Origin: Candidatus Colwellbacteria bacterium
Lineage (GTDB): Bacteria > Patescibacteriota > Minisyncoccia > UBA6257 > Colwellbacteraceae
Assembly (NCBI GenBank): GCA_028711965.1
Contig: JAQTRD010000001.1
Location: 1-25,384, forward strand
Reading direction: 5' to 3'
DNA: 25,384 nucleotides
The stretch's first letter is position 1; each line of letters opens with the position of its first letter. Made by a program: the position numbers and the translations under genes. Below the pieces are notes generated by a model. It saw nothing but the letters and a program-made list of their open reading frames with translations, was not told the origin of the DNA and did not search any database. Shown piece after piece: positions 15,773 to 23,545 of the stretch.

Positions 15773-15782
15773 GACGGATTTT
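15758..15782 (+). terminator. Terminator-like hairpin with GATGA pentaloop
   Basis: AAGATCCGTC-GATGA-GACGGATTTT; the T-tract is short. Confidence 0.5.
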
Positions 15783-15823
15783 GCGTCTCAAGGTGGTATT
15801 ATATACATATATAAGGAAGTCAT

Positions 15824-16768
15824 ATGCAGAAATCAGTTTGGCTCAAAGAACATACTACTTATAAAATCGGCGGACCGGCCGCTTATTTCGTCGAGGTCAA
15901 GGATGTACGCGATATAGAAAAAGCGGTCAGTGAATGGAAAAGCATTGGCGGTGACGTGCGTGACATTTTTATTCTTGGCGGAGGGGCCAACGTTCTCTTG
16001 CCCGACAGCGGTTTTTCAGGCCTGATTCTTAAAATATCGATTGCGGGCATTGACCTAACGGAAAAGGGACTGATAGAAGCGGGAGCGGGGACACTGCTTA
16101 AAGATATCGTTGAATTTGCGGCTGACAAAGAATTGTCGGGGATGGAATGGGCTGCCGGACTTCCCGGATCTTTTGCCGGTGCCATAAGAGGGAATGCGGG
16201 TGCTTTTGGAGGAGAAATGAAAGACGTTATTATTGAAGTTAAGAGTGTAGAGCTTTCCTCTCCGGATAAAATAATCATCAGGCGAAACAAAGACTGCGAA
16301 TTTGACTACCGCACAAGCAGATACAAGAAAGAAGGAGGAGAAGTGATAATCTCGGCAATAGTTAAGCTTTCTCCGGGTGAGGAAAAGAATATACGCGACA
16401 GGATGGATGAATACGTTAAATATCGGGAAGACCACCAACCCCTTGAGTATCCGAGCGCCGGAAGCACCTTTAAGAACATAGATGTAAAATACATCACGAG
16501 TAAGCAGAAAAAAGAATGGGCAACGGTGATAAAAAACGATCCTTTTCCTGTTGTTCCTGTAGCGTTTCTCTTAAGCGAAGCGGGACTTAAGGGAAAAAGA
16601 ATTGGAGGAGCGGTTATATCAGAGAAACATCCAAACTTTTTTATTAATTATGACAATGCAACCGCGGACGATGTTAAAAAATTAATTTCTCTCGCGCAGA
16701 AAGAAGTAAAAAATAAATTTAACATCGATATCGAACCAGAAATACAAATTATTGATCGTGAAATTTAA
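15824..16768 (+). CDS. murB: UDP-N-acetylenolpyruvoylglucosamine reductase
   Basis: HTTYKIGGPA, LGGGANVL, GAIRGNAGAFG, PSAGSTFKN, SEKHPNFFIN and IEPE motifs. Confidence 0.97.
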   Translation: MQKSVWLKEHTTYKIGGPAAYFVEVKDVRDIEKAVSEWKSIGGDVRDIFILGGGANVLLPDSGFSGLILKISIAGIDLTEKGLIEAGAGTLLKDIVEFAADKELSGMEWAAGLPGSFAGAIRGNAGAFGGEMKDVIIEVKSVELSSPDKIIIRRNKDCEFDYRTSRYKKEGGEVIISAIVKLSPGEEKNIRDRMDEYVKYREDHQPLEYPSAGSTFKNIDVKYITSKQKKEWATVIKNDPFPVVPVAFLLSEAGLKGKRIGGAVISEKHPNFFINYDNATADDVKKLISLAQKEVKNKFNIDIEPEIQIIDREI

Positions 16769-16946
16769 ATCAAAAATGGTGAAATGAAAAAATATTTTTG
16801 CGATTTAAGTTTTAAGATTTAAAATTTATGAATTTAAAAGTTATCCACATATCAAAAAATATTTATTTGTTCTAAAATTAAGTCAGAAGTTGATGAAAAT
16901 GATTGGTCGGCATTTTCTTAACTTAAATAAAAAAATAAAAAATAAA

Positions 16947-17102
16947 ATGGCTGCAAAAAAGAAAGCTACTAAGAAGAAGGTTACCGCAAAGAAGCCTGCT
17001 AAGAGAAAGGCTGCGAAAAAGACTGTAAAGAAGGCCGTAAAGAAGACCACCAAGAAGACTACTAAAAAAGCTGCTAAGAGGAAGACCTCTAAGAGAAAAT
17101 AA
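16947..17102 (+). CDS. Histone H1-like Lys/Ala/Thr-rich basic protein (51 aa)
   Basis: MAAKKKATKKKVTAKKPAKRKAAKK...; 24 Lys + 3 Arg of 51 residues and no acidic residue; followed by a terminator. The ORF-track start (16890) adds an unlikely AT-rich extension. Confidence 0.8.
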   Translation: MAAKKKATKKKVTAKKPAKRKAAKKTVKKAVKKTTKKTTKKAAKRKTSKRK

Positions 17103-17122
17103 ACCGGCCAAAGCTTTTTCTG

Positions 17123-17154
17123 TCCCGCCCCCTAAAAGGGCGGGATTCTTGTTT
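17123..17154 (+). terminator. Intrinsic terminator after the H1-like gene
   Basis: TCCCGCCC/GGGCGGGA 8-bp stem followed by TTCTTGTTT. Confidence 0.7.
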
Positions 17155-17277
17155 AAATCTTTGATTTTAGGGCGTCTCGTCGTTATATCGCGAAAAATAC
17201 AACTCGTTGTACATCCAGCACAGCTCGTCGTATTTTCCACGATATGCCTAAATCCGCGTCTAAAATAAAAGATTTAA
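17153..17277. mobile_element. MITE-like palindromic element, copy 2 (125 bp)
   Basis: 18-bp terminal inverted repeats with one mismatch (TTAAATCTTTGATTTTAG / CTAAAATAAAAGATTTAA); internal core homologous to 9861-9984. Confidence 0.6.
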
Positions 17278-17313
17278 TTCACTAAGGAATTAAAAAAAGT
17301 TATAATGGTAATT

Positions 17314-17628
17314 ATGAAAGTAAACATCAAAACCAAAAATTTTGAGCTCACGGAAGCCTTAAGGGATTATATCCAAGAGAAGATGGACTATCTCGACAGA
17401 CTCGTCTCCGAATGGGAAAAAGAGGGAGGAGTAGAAATGGATTTTGAAGCGGCGAAAGACACGATGCACCATAATAAAGGAAAAGTTTATTATGCGGAGG
17501 CGAACCTTTCTGTTCCGGGTAAAGTCATCCGCGCGTCAAAAAACGGGGAGAATCTCCACTCGGCGATTGATGAGGTAAAAGAAGTCCTTGCGGGCGAAAT
17601 AAAGAAGTATAAGGAGAGGGTAAAATAG
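17314..17628 (+). CDS. hpf: Ribosome hibernation promoting factor (short HPF/RaiA)
   Basis: IKTKNFELTEALRDYIQEK...AEANLSVPGKVIRA...LHSAIDEV. Start placed at MKVNIK, 7 nt after TATAAT (ORF track 17305). Confidence 0.9.
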   Translation: MKVNIKTKNFELTEALRDYIQEKMDYLDRLVSEWEKEGGVEMDFEAAKDTMHHNKGKVYYAEANLSVPGKVIRASKNGENLHSAIDEVKEVLAGEIKKYKERVK

Positions 17629-17704
17629 TTCGTTTGCCGGAGTTTCTCCATATCTGTTACGCAACTTGCGAAACGGCCTTTAAAATAGGATAATTGGCTC
17701 ACGA

Positions 17705-20197
17705 ATGATTCTTAAATCTATTTTCGGAAACCCGCAAGAGAAGAAATCAAAGGCTATTCTGGAAAGAATAAACGCCTTAGAATCTTCCCTTATTGACTTA
17801 AAAGACGACGAGCTCAAAAAGAAGTCATCCGACATAAAGGATAGGGTGTCTTCGGGAGAGTCTTTAGATGATGTTTTGCCTGAAAGCTTTGCCCTCGTGA
17901 GGGAAGCGGCTAAGCGAACGCTTGGTCAAAGGCATTTTGATACCCAGCTTATGGGCGCCATCAATCTGCATAACGGATCGATAGTCGAGATGATGACTGG
18001 AGAAGGAAAGACATTAGCCGTCACTCCGGCGGTTTATTTGAATGCTCTTTCCGGCAAGGGGGTTCATATAATAACGGTTAACGATTACCTTGCAAGTCGC
18101 GATGCCGTTTGGATGGGGCAGATCTATTGGTTTTTAGGGCTAAAAGTAAGCTGCCTTGTCCATAACGGGGCCTATATTTATGACCCCGATTTTAGTGTGA
18201 GCGACGAAGAAGAGAAAGAAGCTGACAAAAGACGAGATGAGACCGGATCGTTTCTTGTTCAGCACAAATTTTTGCGTCCAGTTTCTCGCAAAGAAGCGTA
18301 TTTGGCGGACGTCGTTCACGGAACCAATCACGAATTCGGATTCGATTATCTTCGAGACAATCTTTCTCGCTCCAAAAGCGAGCAAGCCCAGAGAGAACAC
18401 AACTTTGCCGTCATAGACGAGGTTGACTCCATCCTTATAGATGAAGCGAGGACGCCTCTTATAATTTCCGCTCCTGACAGGGAATCAAGCGAACAGTACA
18501 AGATAATGACCAGAGCCGTTTCCCGGCTTGTTAGAGACGAAGATTATACTCTTGATGAAAAGATGCGATCCGTGGAAATCACCCAAGCCGGAATAGACAA
18601 AGTTGAAAAAGCAACCGGCGTATCGGAACTGTATTCTCCGGAAAATCTGCAGCTTGTCCACTATCTCGATGAATGCCTTAAAGCCAAAGCGCTTTTCGAG
18701 CGGGATCGCGATTATGTCGTCAAAGACGGAGAGGTGATAATAGTCGATCAGTTTACCGGCCGGATGATGTACGGCAGGCGGTATTCCGGCGGACTTCATC
18801 AAGCGATAGAAGCGAAAGAGGGTGTTGCCGTCCAAGAAGAATCTAAGACATACGCGCAGATAACCATTCAGAATTATTTCCGCCTGTACTCTAAGCTTTC
18901 CGGAATGACGGGTACGGCCCAGACGTCGGCCGAAGAGTTCCATAAGGTATATAACTTGGAGACCGTTACAATTCCCACAAACAAGCCAATAGCGAGAAAG
19001 GATATGCCGGACTTGGTTTATAAGACGACGGACGCCAAGTACAAAGCTGTTGTCGAAGAGATAAGGGAAAAATTCGATAAAGGACAGCCGGTTCTTATAG
19101 GAACGGTATCAATAGAAAAAAACGAGACCTTGGCTGGTTATCTTAATAAGGCAGGCCTTCCTTACGAAGTGCTAAATGCCAAGAATCATGAGAGAGAAGG
19201 ATCTATTATCGCTCAGGCTGGAAGGAAAGGCGCTATAACGGTCGCAACCAATATGGCCGGACGCGGAGTTGATATAATTCTCGGCGGGAGCCCATATGAA
19301 AAGGAGAATGCGGACGAAGTGCGTTCTCTCGGAGGACTCCATGTCATAGGCACGGAGCGCCACGAGGCAAGGCGCATAGACAATCAGCTAAGAGGAAGAT
19401 CTGGAAGGCAGGGAGATCCCGGTTCATCGCGATTTTTCCTTTCTCTTGAGGATGATTTGATGCGGATATTCGGCGGAGAGCGCCTGAAATCGCTTATGCA
19501 GTCGCTGAATATTCCTGATAATATGCCGATTGAATCAAGGCTTGTCTCGAGATCCATTATTGAGGCCCAAAGAAAAATAGAAGGATTCCATTTCGATTCC
19601 AGAAAACATCTTCTTGAATATGACGATGTATTGAACAAGCAGAGGCTGGCTATATATAAGAAGAGGCAAGAGATACTCGAAGCGGACAAGGAAGACTTCT
19701 TAGGAATAATCGGAGAGTCCATAGACGCCCGCGCCGAAAAACTCTCGGAAGAAGAATTGGCAAAAAACAATCCGGGAGACATTAAGAAGAAAATATCCGA
19801 TTTGGAAGGAATAGAGTGGATGAAAGGGCCTGTTCTGGGAACGCTTGATATGCTTTGGATGAATCATTTGGAAGACTTGGAAGCCTTAAACGAATCGGTG
19901 CGTATCAGAGCGTACGGACAGCACGATCCGCTTGTGGAATACAGGCGCGAGAGTCATACCCTCTATAACGACTTATTGGATAATTTCAACGCGCTTATTT
20001 TCGATAATATGTCGAAGATCCAGTCGATCGAAGTCAAAAAAGGGGAAGCGCCGACGTCGCAGCAGAGAAGTGATTTGCCTCCGTTGGATATGTCTCCCGA
20101 AAAACTGGCTAAAATAGGCAGAAACGACCCTTGCCCATGCGGAGCGAAAAAGCCAGACGGGACGCCGATTAAGTTCAAGCACTGTCATGGAAGATAA
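17705..20197 (+). CDS. secA: Preprotein translocase subunit SecA
   Basis: MMTGEGKT Walker A, VIDEVDSILIDEARTPLIIS, ATNMAGRGVDI and RIDNQLRGRSGRQGDPG; C-terminal SEC-C GRNDPCPCG...KFKHCHG. Confidence 0.99.
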   Translation: MILKSIFGNPQEKKSKAILERINALESSLIDLKDDELKKKSSDIKDRVSSGESLDDVLPESFALVREAAKRTLGQRHFDTQLMGAINLHNGSIVEMMTGEGKTLAVTPAVYLNALSGKGVHIITVNDYLASRDAVWMGQIYWFLGLKVSCLVHNGAYIYDPDFSVSDEEEKEADKRRDETGSFLVQHKFLRPVSRKEAYLADVVHGTNHEFGFDYLRDNLSRSKSEQAQREHNFAVIDEVDSILIDEARTPLIISAPDRESSEQYKIMTRAVSRLVRDEDYTLDEKMRSVEITQAGIDKVEKATGVSELYSPENLQLVHYLDECLKAKALFERDRDYVVKDGEVIIVDQFTGRMMYGRRYSGGLHQAIEAKEGVAVQEESKTYAQITIQNYFRLYSKLSGMTGTAQTSAEEFHKVYNLETVTIPTNKPIARKDMPDLVYKTTDAKYKAVVEEIREKFDKGQPVLIGTVSIEKNETLAGYLNKAGLPYEVLNAKNHEREGSIIAQAGRKGAITVATNMAGRGVDIILGGSPYEKENADEVRSLGGLHVIGTERHEARRIDNQLRGRSGRQGDPGSSRFFLSLEDDLMRIFGGERLKSLMQSLNIPDNMPIESRLVSRSIIEAQRKIEGFHFDSRKHLLEYDDVLNKQRLAIYKKRQEILEADKEDFLGIIGESIDARAEKLSEEELAKNNPGDIKKKISDLEGIEWMKGPVLGTLDMLWMNHLEDLEALNESVRIRAYGQHDPLVEYRRESHTLYNDLLDNFNALIFDNMSKIQSIEVKKGEAPTSQQRSDLPPLDMSPEKLAKIGRNDPCPCGAKKPDGTPIKFKHCHGR

Positions 20198-20204
20198 TCA
20201 TATT

Positions 20205-20291
20205 ATGCAAAATAACGAGCGAAGTCCTGCCGAAGTTTTAACGAAGGCGTACGGAAGCGGAAAAAAATTCAAGAAATGCCACGGGGCGTAG
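20205..20291 (+). pseudogene. Orphan SEC-C tail fragment / 28-aa mini-ORF
   Basis: Reads MQNNERSPAEVLTKAYGSGKKFKKCHGA; the last 12 residues are a canonical SecA terminus half-motif. In a different frame from secA. Confidence 0.55.
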
Positions 20292-20295
20292 GAGT

Positions 20296-20700
20296 ATGAA
20301 GAATCACGCAGCTATTGTATTGCATGACGGTGATAAAATTCTTTTTATTAAACGGGCGGCAACTAAGAAGTCTTTGCCGAATATTTGGGCGTTTCCGTCC
20401 GGAACTATGGAAGACGGAGAAACTATCAAAGAGACTGCGATTAGGGAAGCGAGAGAAGAGTTAGGTGTAGATGTCATCATTGAAAGAGAGATAGGTAGTG
20501 TTGAATTGCCAGAATTGGAATCAATCCTTCATTTTGTTATCTGTAAAAAAAGTTACGGCGACATTATCTTTAATGAAGGAGAAATCCAGAAAATAAGATG
20601 GATGACGTTTGATGAATTTTTTAATGAATATTCTGACGATCAAATAGGCCATGGGCTCATATATTTGAGGAAAAATCCTCAGATATGGCAAAGCATATGA
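20296..20700 (+). CDS. Nudix hydrolase
   Basis: Canonical Nudix box GTMEDGETIKETAIREAREELGV. Confidence 0.93.
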   Translation: MKNHAAIVLHDGDKILFIKRAATKKSLPNIWAFPSGTMEDGETIKETAIREAREELGVDVIIEREIGSVELPELESILHFVICKKSYGDIIFNEGEIQKIRWMTFDEFFNEYSDDQIGHGLIYLRKNPQIWQSI

Positions 20701-20720
20701 AAATTAATAAAGAGTAGGAG

Positions 20721-21113
20721 ATGAGGATATATATTACATCGTCACTCGGAGACGAAAAGGAAGAAATTGAGAGACTGTGTTCCATTGTGAGATCGGCCGG
20801 TCTTGAAGACTTTAATTTTATCAGAGACTATCCGGAACCTTTTGATGACCCGAGATATCTTATGGAAAAATCAAAAGAAGAAATTAAGAAATCGGATGTC
20901 TTGCTGATAGATGTAACTAACAAGCCGACCGGACGGGCAATTGAAGCGGGAATGGCCTATTCATTGGGTAAAAAAATTATCGTGATTATGAAGAGAGGAA
21001 CGGAGATCAAGGACACGACAAGAGGAATCGCCAATAAGATAATAGAGTACGATGTTATTGAGGATATCATTCCCGAATTGGAAGAGTTTTTAGATAATGG
21101 CAACGGTCAATAG
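20721..21113 (+). CDS. Nucleoside 2-deoxyribosyltransferase-like protein (NDT/Rcl-type)
   Basis: IYITSS N-terminal strand, IKKSDVLLID and GRAIEAGMAYSLGKKII with the catalytic-type Glu. Confidence 0.8.
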   Translation: MRIYITSSLGDEKEEIERLCSIVRSAGLEDFNFIRDYPEPFDDPRYLMEKSKEEIKKSDVLLIDVTNKPTGRAIEAGMAYSLGKKIIVIMKRGTEIKDTTRGIANKIIEYDVIEDIIPELEEFLDNGNGQ

Positions 21114-21558
21114 ATTCGAGGACCTCATTTGCTTTCAAAAAGCGCGAGAGCTGACTAAAAAGGTTTACGGCGCCTTTAATGGCTGCCGAGATAGCGGATT
21201 TAAGGATCAAATACAGCGAGCTTCCGTATCGGTAATGAGTAATATTGCCGAAGGATTCGAGAGCGGCACCAGAAGCGAATTCATTAACTATCTCTTCATA
21301 GCCAAAGCATCAGCGGGGGAAGTTCGCGCGCAATTGTATGCGGCTGCGGATATAGGATATTTAAATATAGAAACATTTAAATGTTTAAACGCTTTGGCTT
21401 CGGAATGCTCAAAATTGATAAGTAGTTTCATTACCAGAGTTAAGGAAGGAGCCAGAGGAGGAACGCAGCTTAAACATATAGTAAGAAAAAATCCGGCAGA
21501 AGAGATAATCAAGGAATTCGCCCCGGAAGTTTACGAAAGGTTTCATCCAAAAAGATGA
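21097..21558 (+). CDS. Four-helix-bundle protein (23S rRNA IVP-like family)
   Basis: FEDLICFQKA...DQIQRASVSVMSNIAEGF...YLFIAKASAGEVRAQL...DIGYL. Confidence 0.92.
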   Translation: MATVNRFEDLICFQKARELTKKVYGAFNGCRDSGFKDQIQRASVSVMSNIAEGFESGTRSEFINYLFIAKASAGEVRAQLYAAADIGYLNIETFKCLNALASECSKLISSFITRVKEGARGGTQLKHIVRKNPAEEIIKEFAPEVYERFHPKR

Positions 21559-21559
21559 T

Positions 21560-21994
21560 ATGGACCATATAGCCATAATGAAGAAATCTTGGGGGCTAAT
21601 TCCTAAGATTTTAGACGGTCGAAAAAAGATTGAATCCCGGTGGTATTCAATGAGGTACAGGCCGTGGAACGGCATAAAATCGGGAGATACGGTTTATTTC
21701 AAAAATTCCGGCGAACCGGTAACGGTAAAGGCTGAAGTCGCCAAAGTAACGCAATTCTCCGACCTCAATCCGATAATGGTTAAAAAAATTTTAAACAACT
21801 ATGGAGAAGAAGACGGATTGGATAAAAACAAACTGCCTTCATTTTTCAATCTTTTTAAGGAAAAGAAATACTGCATACTAGTGCATTTGAAGAACGCGGA
21901 AAATATAGAGCCATTCGTGATAGATAAAAAAGGCTTCGGCTCTATGAGCGCGTGGATCACAGTGGATGATATATCTCGAATAACCCTGAAATAG
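21560..21994 (+). CDS. ASCH/PUA-like domain protein
   Basis: KILDGRKKIESR (GxKxxExR) and IKSGDTVYFK. Confidence 0.8.
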   Translation: MDHIAIMKKSWGLIPKILDGRKKIESRWYSMRYRPWNGIKSGDTVYFKNSGEPVTVKAEVAKVTQFSDLNPIMVKKILNNYGEEDGLDKNKLPSFFNLFKEKKYCILVHLKNAENIEPFVIDKKGFGSMSAWITVDDISRITLK

Positions 21995-22159
21995 GGGACT
22001 TGAATAATCGCTTGCGTCCCGGTACGCACTTGTGTTACAAGACTACCAAAACACAGGGAGGATGTTTTGCCGCCGGCGACGATGGCAGCGAAATCCTTAG
22101 AGATTCTCCAGCCTTCTCCGCCGGCGTCAAGATATTGTCCCTATGTTATAATTGTCCCA

Positions 22160-22903
22160 ATGAATAAAAGAGGACTGGTTTTAATTATCTTATTGACAGC
22201 CTTAGTCGCTGCCGCCCTGTTTGCTTCATATATGTGGTGGAGTCAATCGGTAAAAACAGAAGAAACGGAACAGGTTTCTCAATTAATAACCGTTCAAGGC
22301 GAAATAGTCTGCCTTCCTCACCGCGATACAAGCGGTCCCCAGACATTGGAATGCGCCATCGGGCTTAAAGCGGATAGCGGCTCTTACTATAAGATAGAGA
22401 CAGACGGTGATATCTATTCTTTTTCGACCGGCAGCCGCGTATCAGTTACGGGAAATATCAAATCTCCGGAAGAAGGGGACATATACAATATAGAGGGAAT
22501 ATTAGAAAGTTCTTCTGTTAAATTGTTGGATAATGATGAATCGGAGACAACGGAAAAAGAAGACAATTTCTGCGGCGTATCCTCTTATGGCAGTTGCGTC
22601 ACGGAGAGCGATTGCGTAAAAGGAGGATGTTCTGGCCAGATCTGCGGGTCGCGCAATGACGAGCCCCTGATGACAACTTGCGAGTACAAGGAGTGCTATG
22701 ATGCCGTGAAATACGAGAAAAATTGCGGATGTGTCAGCGGAAAGTGCCAATGGTCTCCGGCAGCAAAAATCATTGAGAACGATATTCGTCCCATTGGAGG
22801 AGATAGGGATGAGCATGGTTGTCTCCCCGCAGCGGGGTACAGTTGGTGCGACGCGAAACAAAAGTGTTTGAGAGTTTGGGAAGAAAGTTGTCCGGGATTG
22901 TGA
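22160..22903 (+). CDS. Membrane-anchored/secreted multi-domain Cys-rich protein
   Basis: Start placed at MNKRGLV, 7 nt after TG-T-TATAAT (ORF track 22067). TM helix, CLPH...ECAIG domain, 10-Cys cluster FCGVSS...GCSGQIC...TTCEY...CGCVSGKCQW, and C-terminal GGDRDEHGC...GYSWC...KCLRVWEESC; 16 Cys in total. Confidence 0.85.
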   Translation: MNKRGLVLIILLTALVAAALFASYMWWSQSVKTEETEQVSQLITVQGEIVCLPHRDTSGPQTLECAIGLKADSGSYYKIETDGDIYSFSTGSRVSVTGNIKSPEEGDIYNIEGILESSSVKLLDNDESETTEKEDNFCGVSSYGSCVTESDCVKGGCSGQICGSRNDEPLMTTCEYKECYDAVKYEKNCGCVSGKCQWSPAAKIIENDIRPIGGDRDEHGCLPAAGYSWCDAKQKCLRVWEESCPGL

Positions 22904-22979
22904 TAATTATCCACAGCTAAGAAATAAGAGGCGTGTTATAGTTAGTAGCACCAGATAGATAGAGGCTCCGGAAGCTCGC

Positions 22980-23014
22980 AGTCTGCATTTTTATTCAGCG
23001 AATAAGGACAGACT
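22980..23014 (+). promoter_or_regulatory. 5'-UTR hairpin covering the putative SD of the Zn-ribbon/PAS gene
   Basis: AGTCTG-CA-TTT-TTATTC-AGC-GAATAA-GGA-CAGACT forms about 15 bp with a 2-nt bulge and ends 7 nt before ATG 23022. Extended -10 TG-T-TATAGT at 22934-22942. Confidence 0.5.
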
Positions 23015-23021
23015 TTATTAA

Positions 23022-23471
23022 ATGGAGCCAATAAGTCTCAAAGAATATCGTTGTGTTTGCGGAAAGCTTCTCTTTAAAGGACTTCTATCCGCGTCAGTTG
23101 TGGAAATAAAGTGCAAGCGTTGCGCGAGAATTATGGTTTTTAAGGACGCCGAACCACCTTCGACGCCTGCTTCTTTTACCCTTACCATAAATCAGGAAGG
23201 GGTAATTATTGATGCGTGCCGCGGAGCGGAAGTCGTTTTGTGTTATTCCAGAAAGGAACTGATAGGAATGCCGGTTTCGGCTGTTTGTCCGGCCATAAAT
23301 GAACCGGTAAATGACAATATGGGCCTACTTCTCTCCAAAGAAGACGCCCCTTATAGGATTAAATCAAATATGTTTCTATCAAAGAGAGGAAAGAAAATAG
23401 ATGGAGACGGTTACTTCATTAAGGCGGATGAAGCGGACTCGATATATAGAATGTTCGGTTATATAGAGTGA
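23022..23471 (+). CDS. Com-like zinc-ribbon protein fused to a PAS-like domain
   Basis: YRCVCGKLL...EIKCKRC (4-Cys ribbon), then TINQEGVIIDAC..AEVVLCYSRKELIGMPVS (PAS N-terminal pattern). Confidence 0.75.
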   Translation: MEPISLKEYRCVCGKLLFKGLLSASVVEIKCKRCARIMVFKDAEPPSTPASFTLTINQEGVIIDACRGAEVVLCYSRKELIGMPVSAVCPAINEPVNDNMGLLLSKEDAPYRIKSNMFLSKRGKKIDGDGYFIKADEADSIYRMFGYIE

Positions 23472-23545
23472 TATTTAGCCCTATTTTCACACTGTTATTT
23501 AAGTATCGCCTTGCGGCTGGTATAATATTTTCATAAATAAAAAAT

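Noticed and set aside
15679-15917. Track ORFs 15679..15864 and 15693..15917
   Set aside because: They run across the predicted promoter, terminator and murB start and show no motif; the 22-aa frame fits the boundaries better.
22067-22159. N-terminal 31-aa extension of the Cys-rich protein
   Set aside because: It spans a GC hairpin and an extended -10; the downstream Met gives a normal basic-hydrophobic N-terminus.
22907-22915. Second perfect DnaA box (TTATCCACA); possible oriC
   Set aside because: Isolated boxes 6 kb apart, with no cluster and no dnaA/dnaN nearby; not enough for an origin call.
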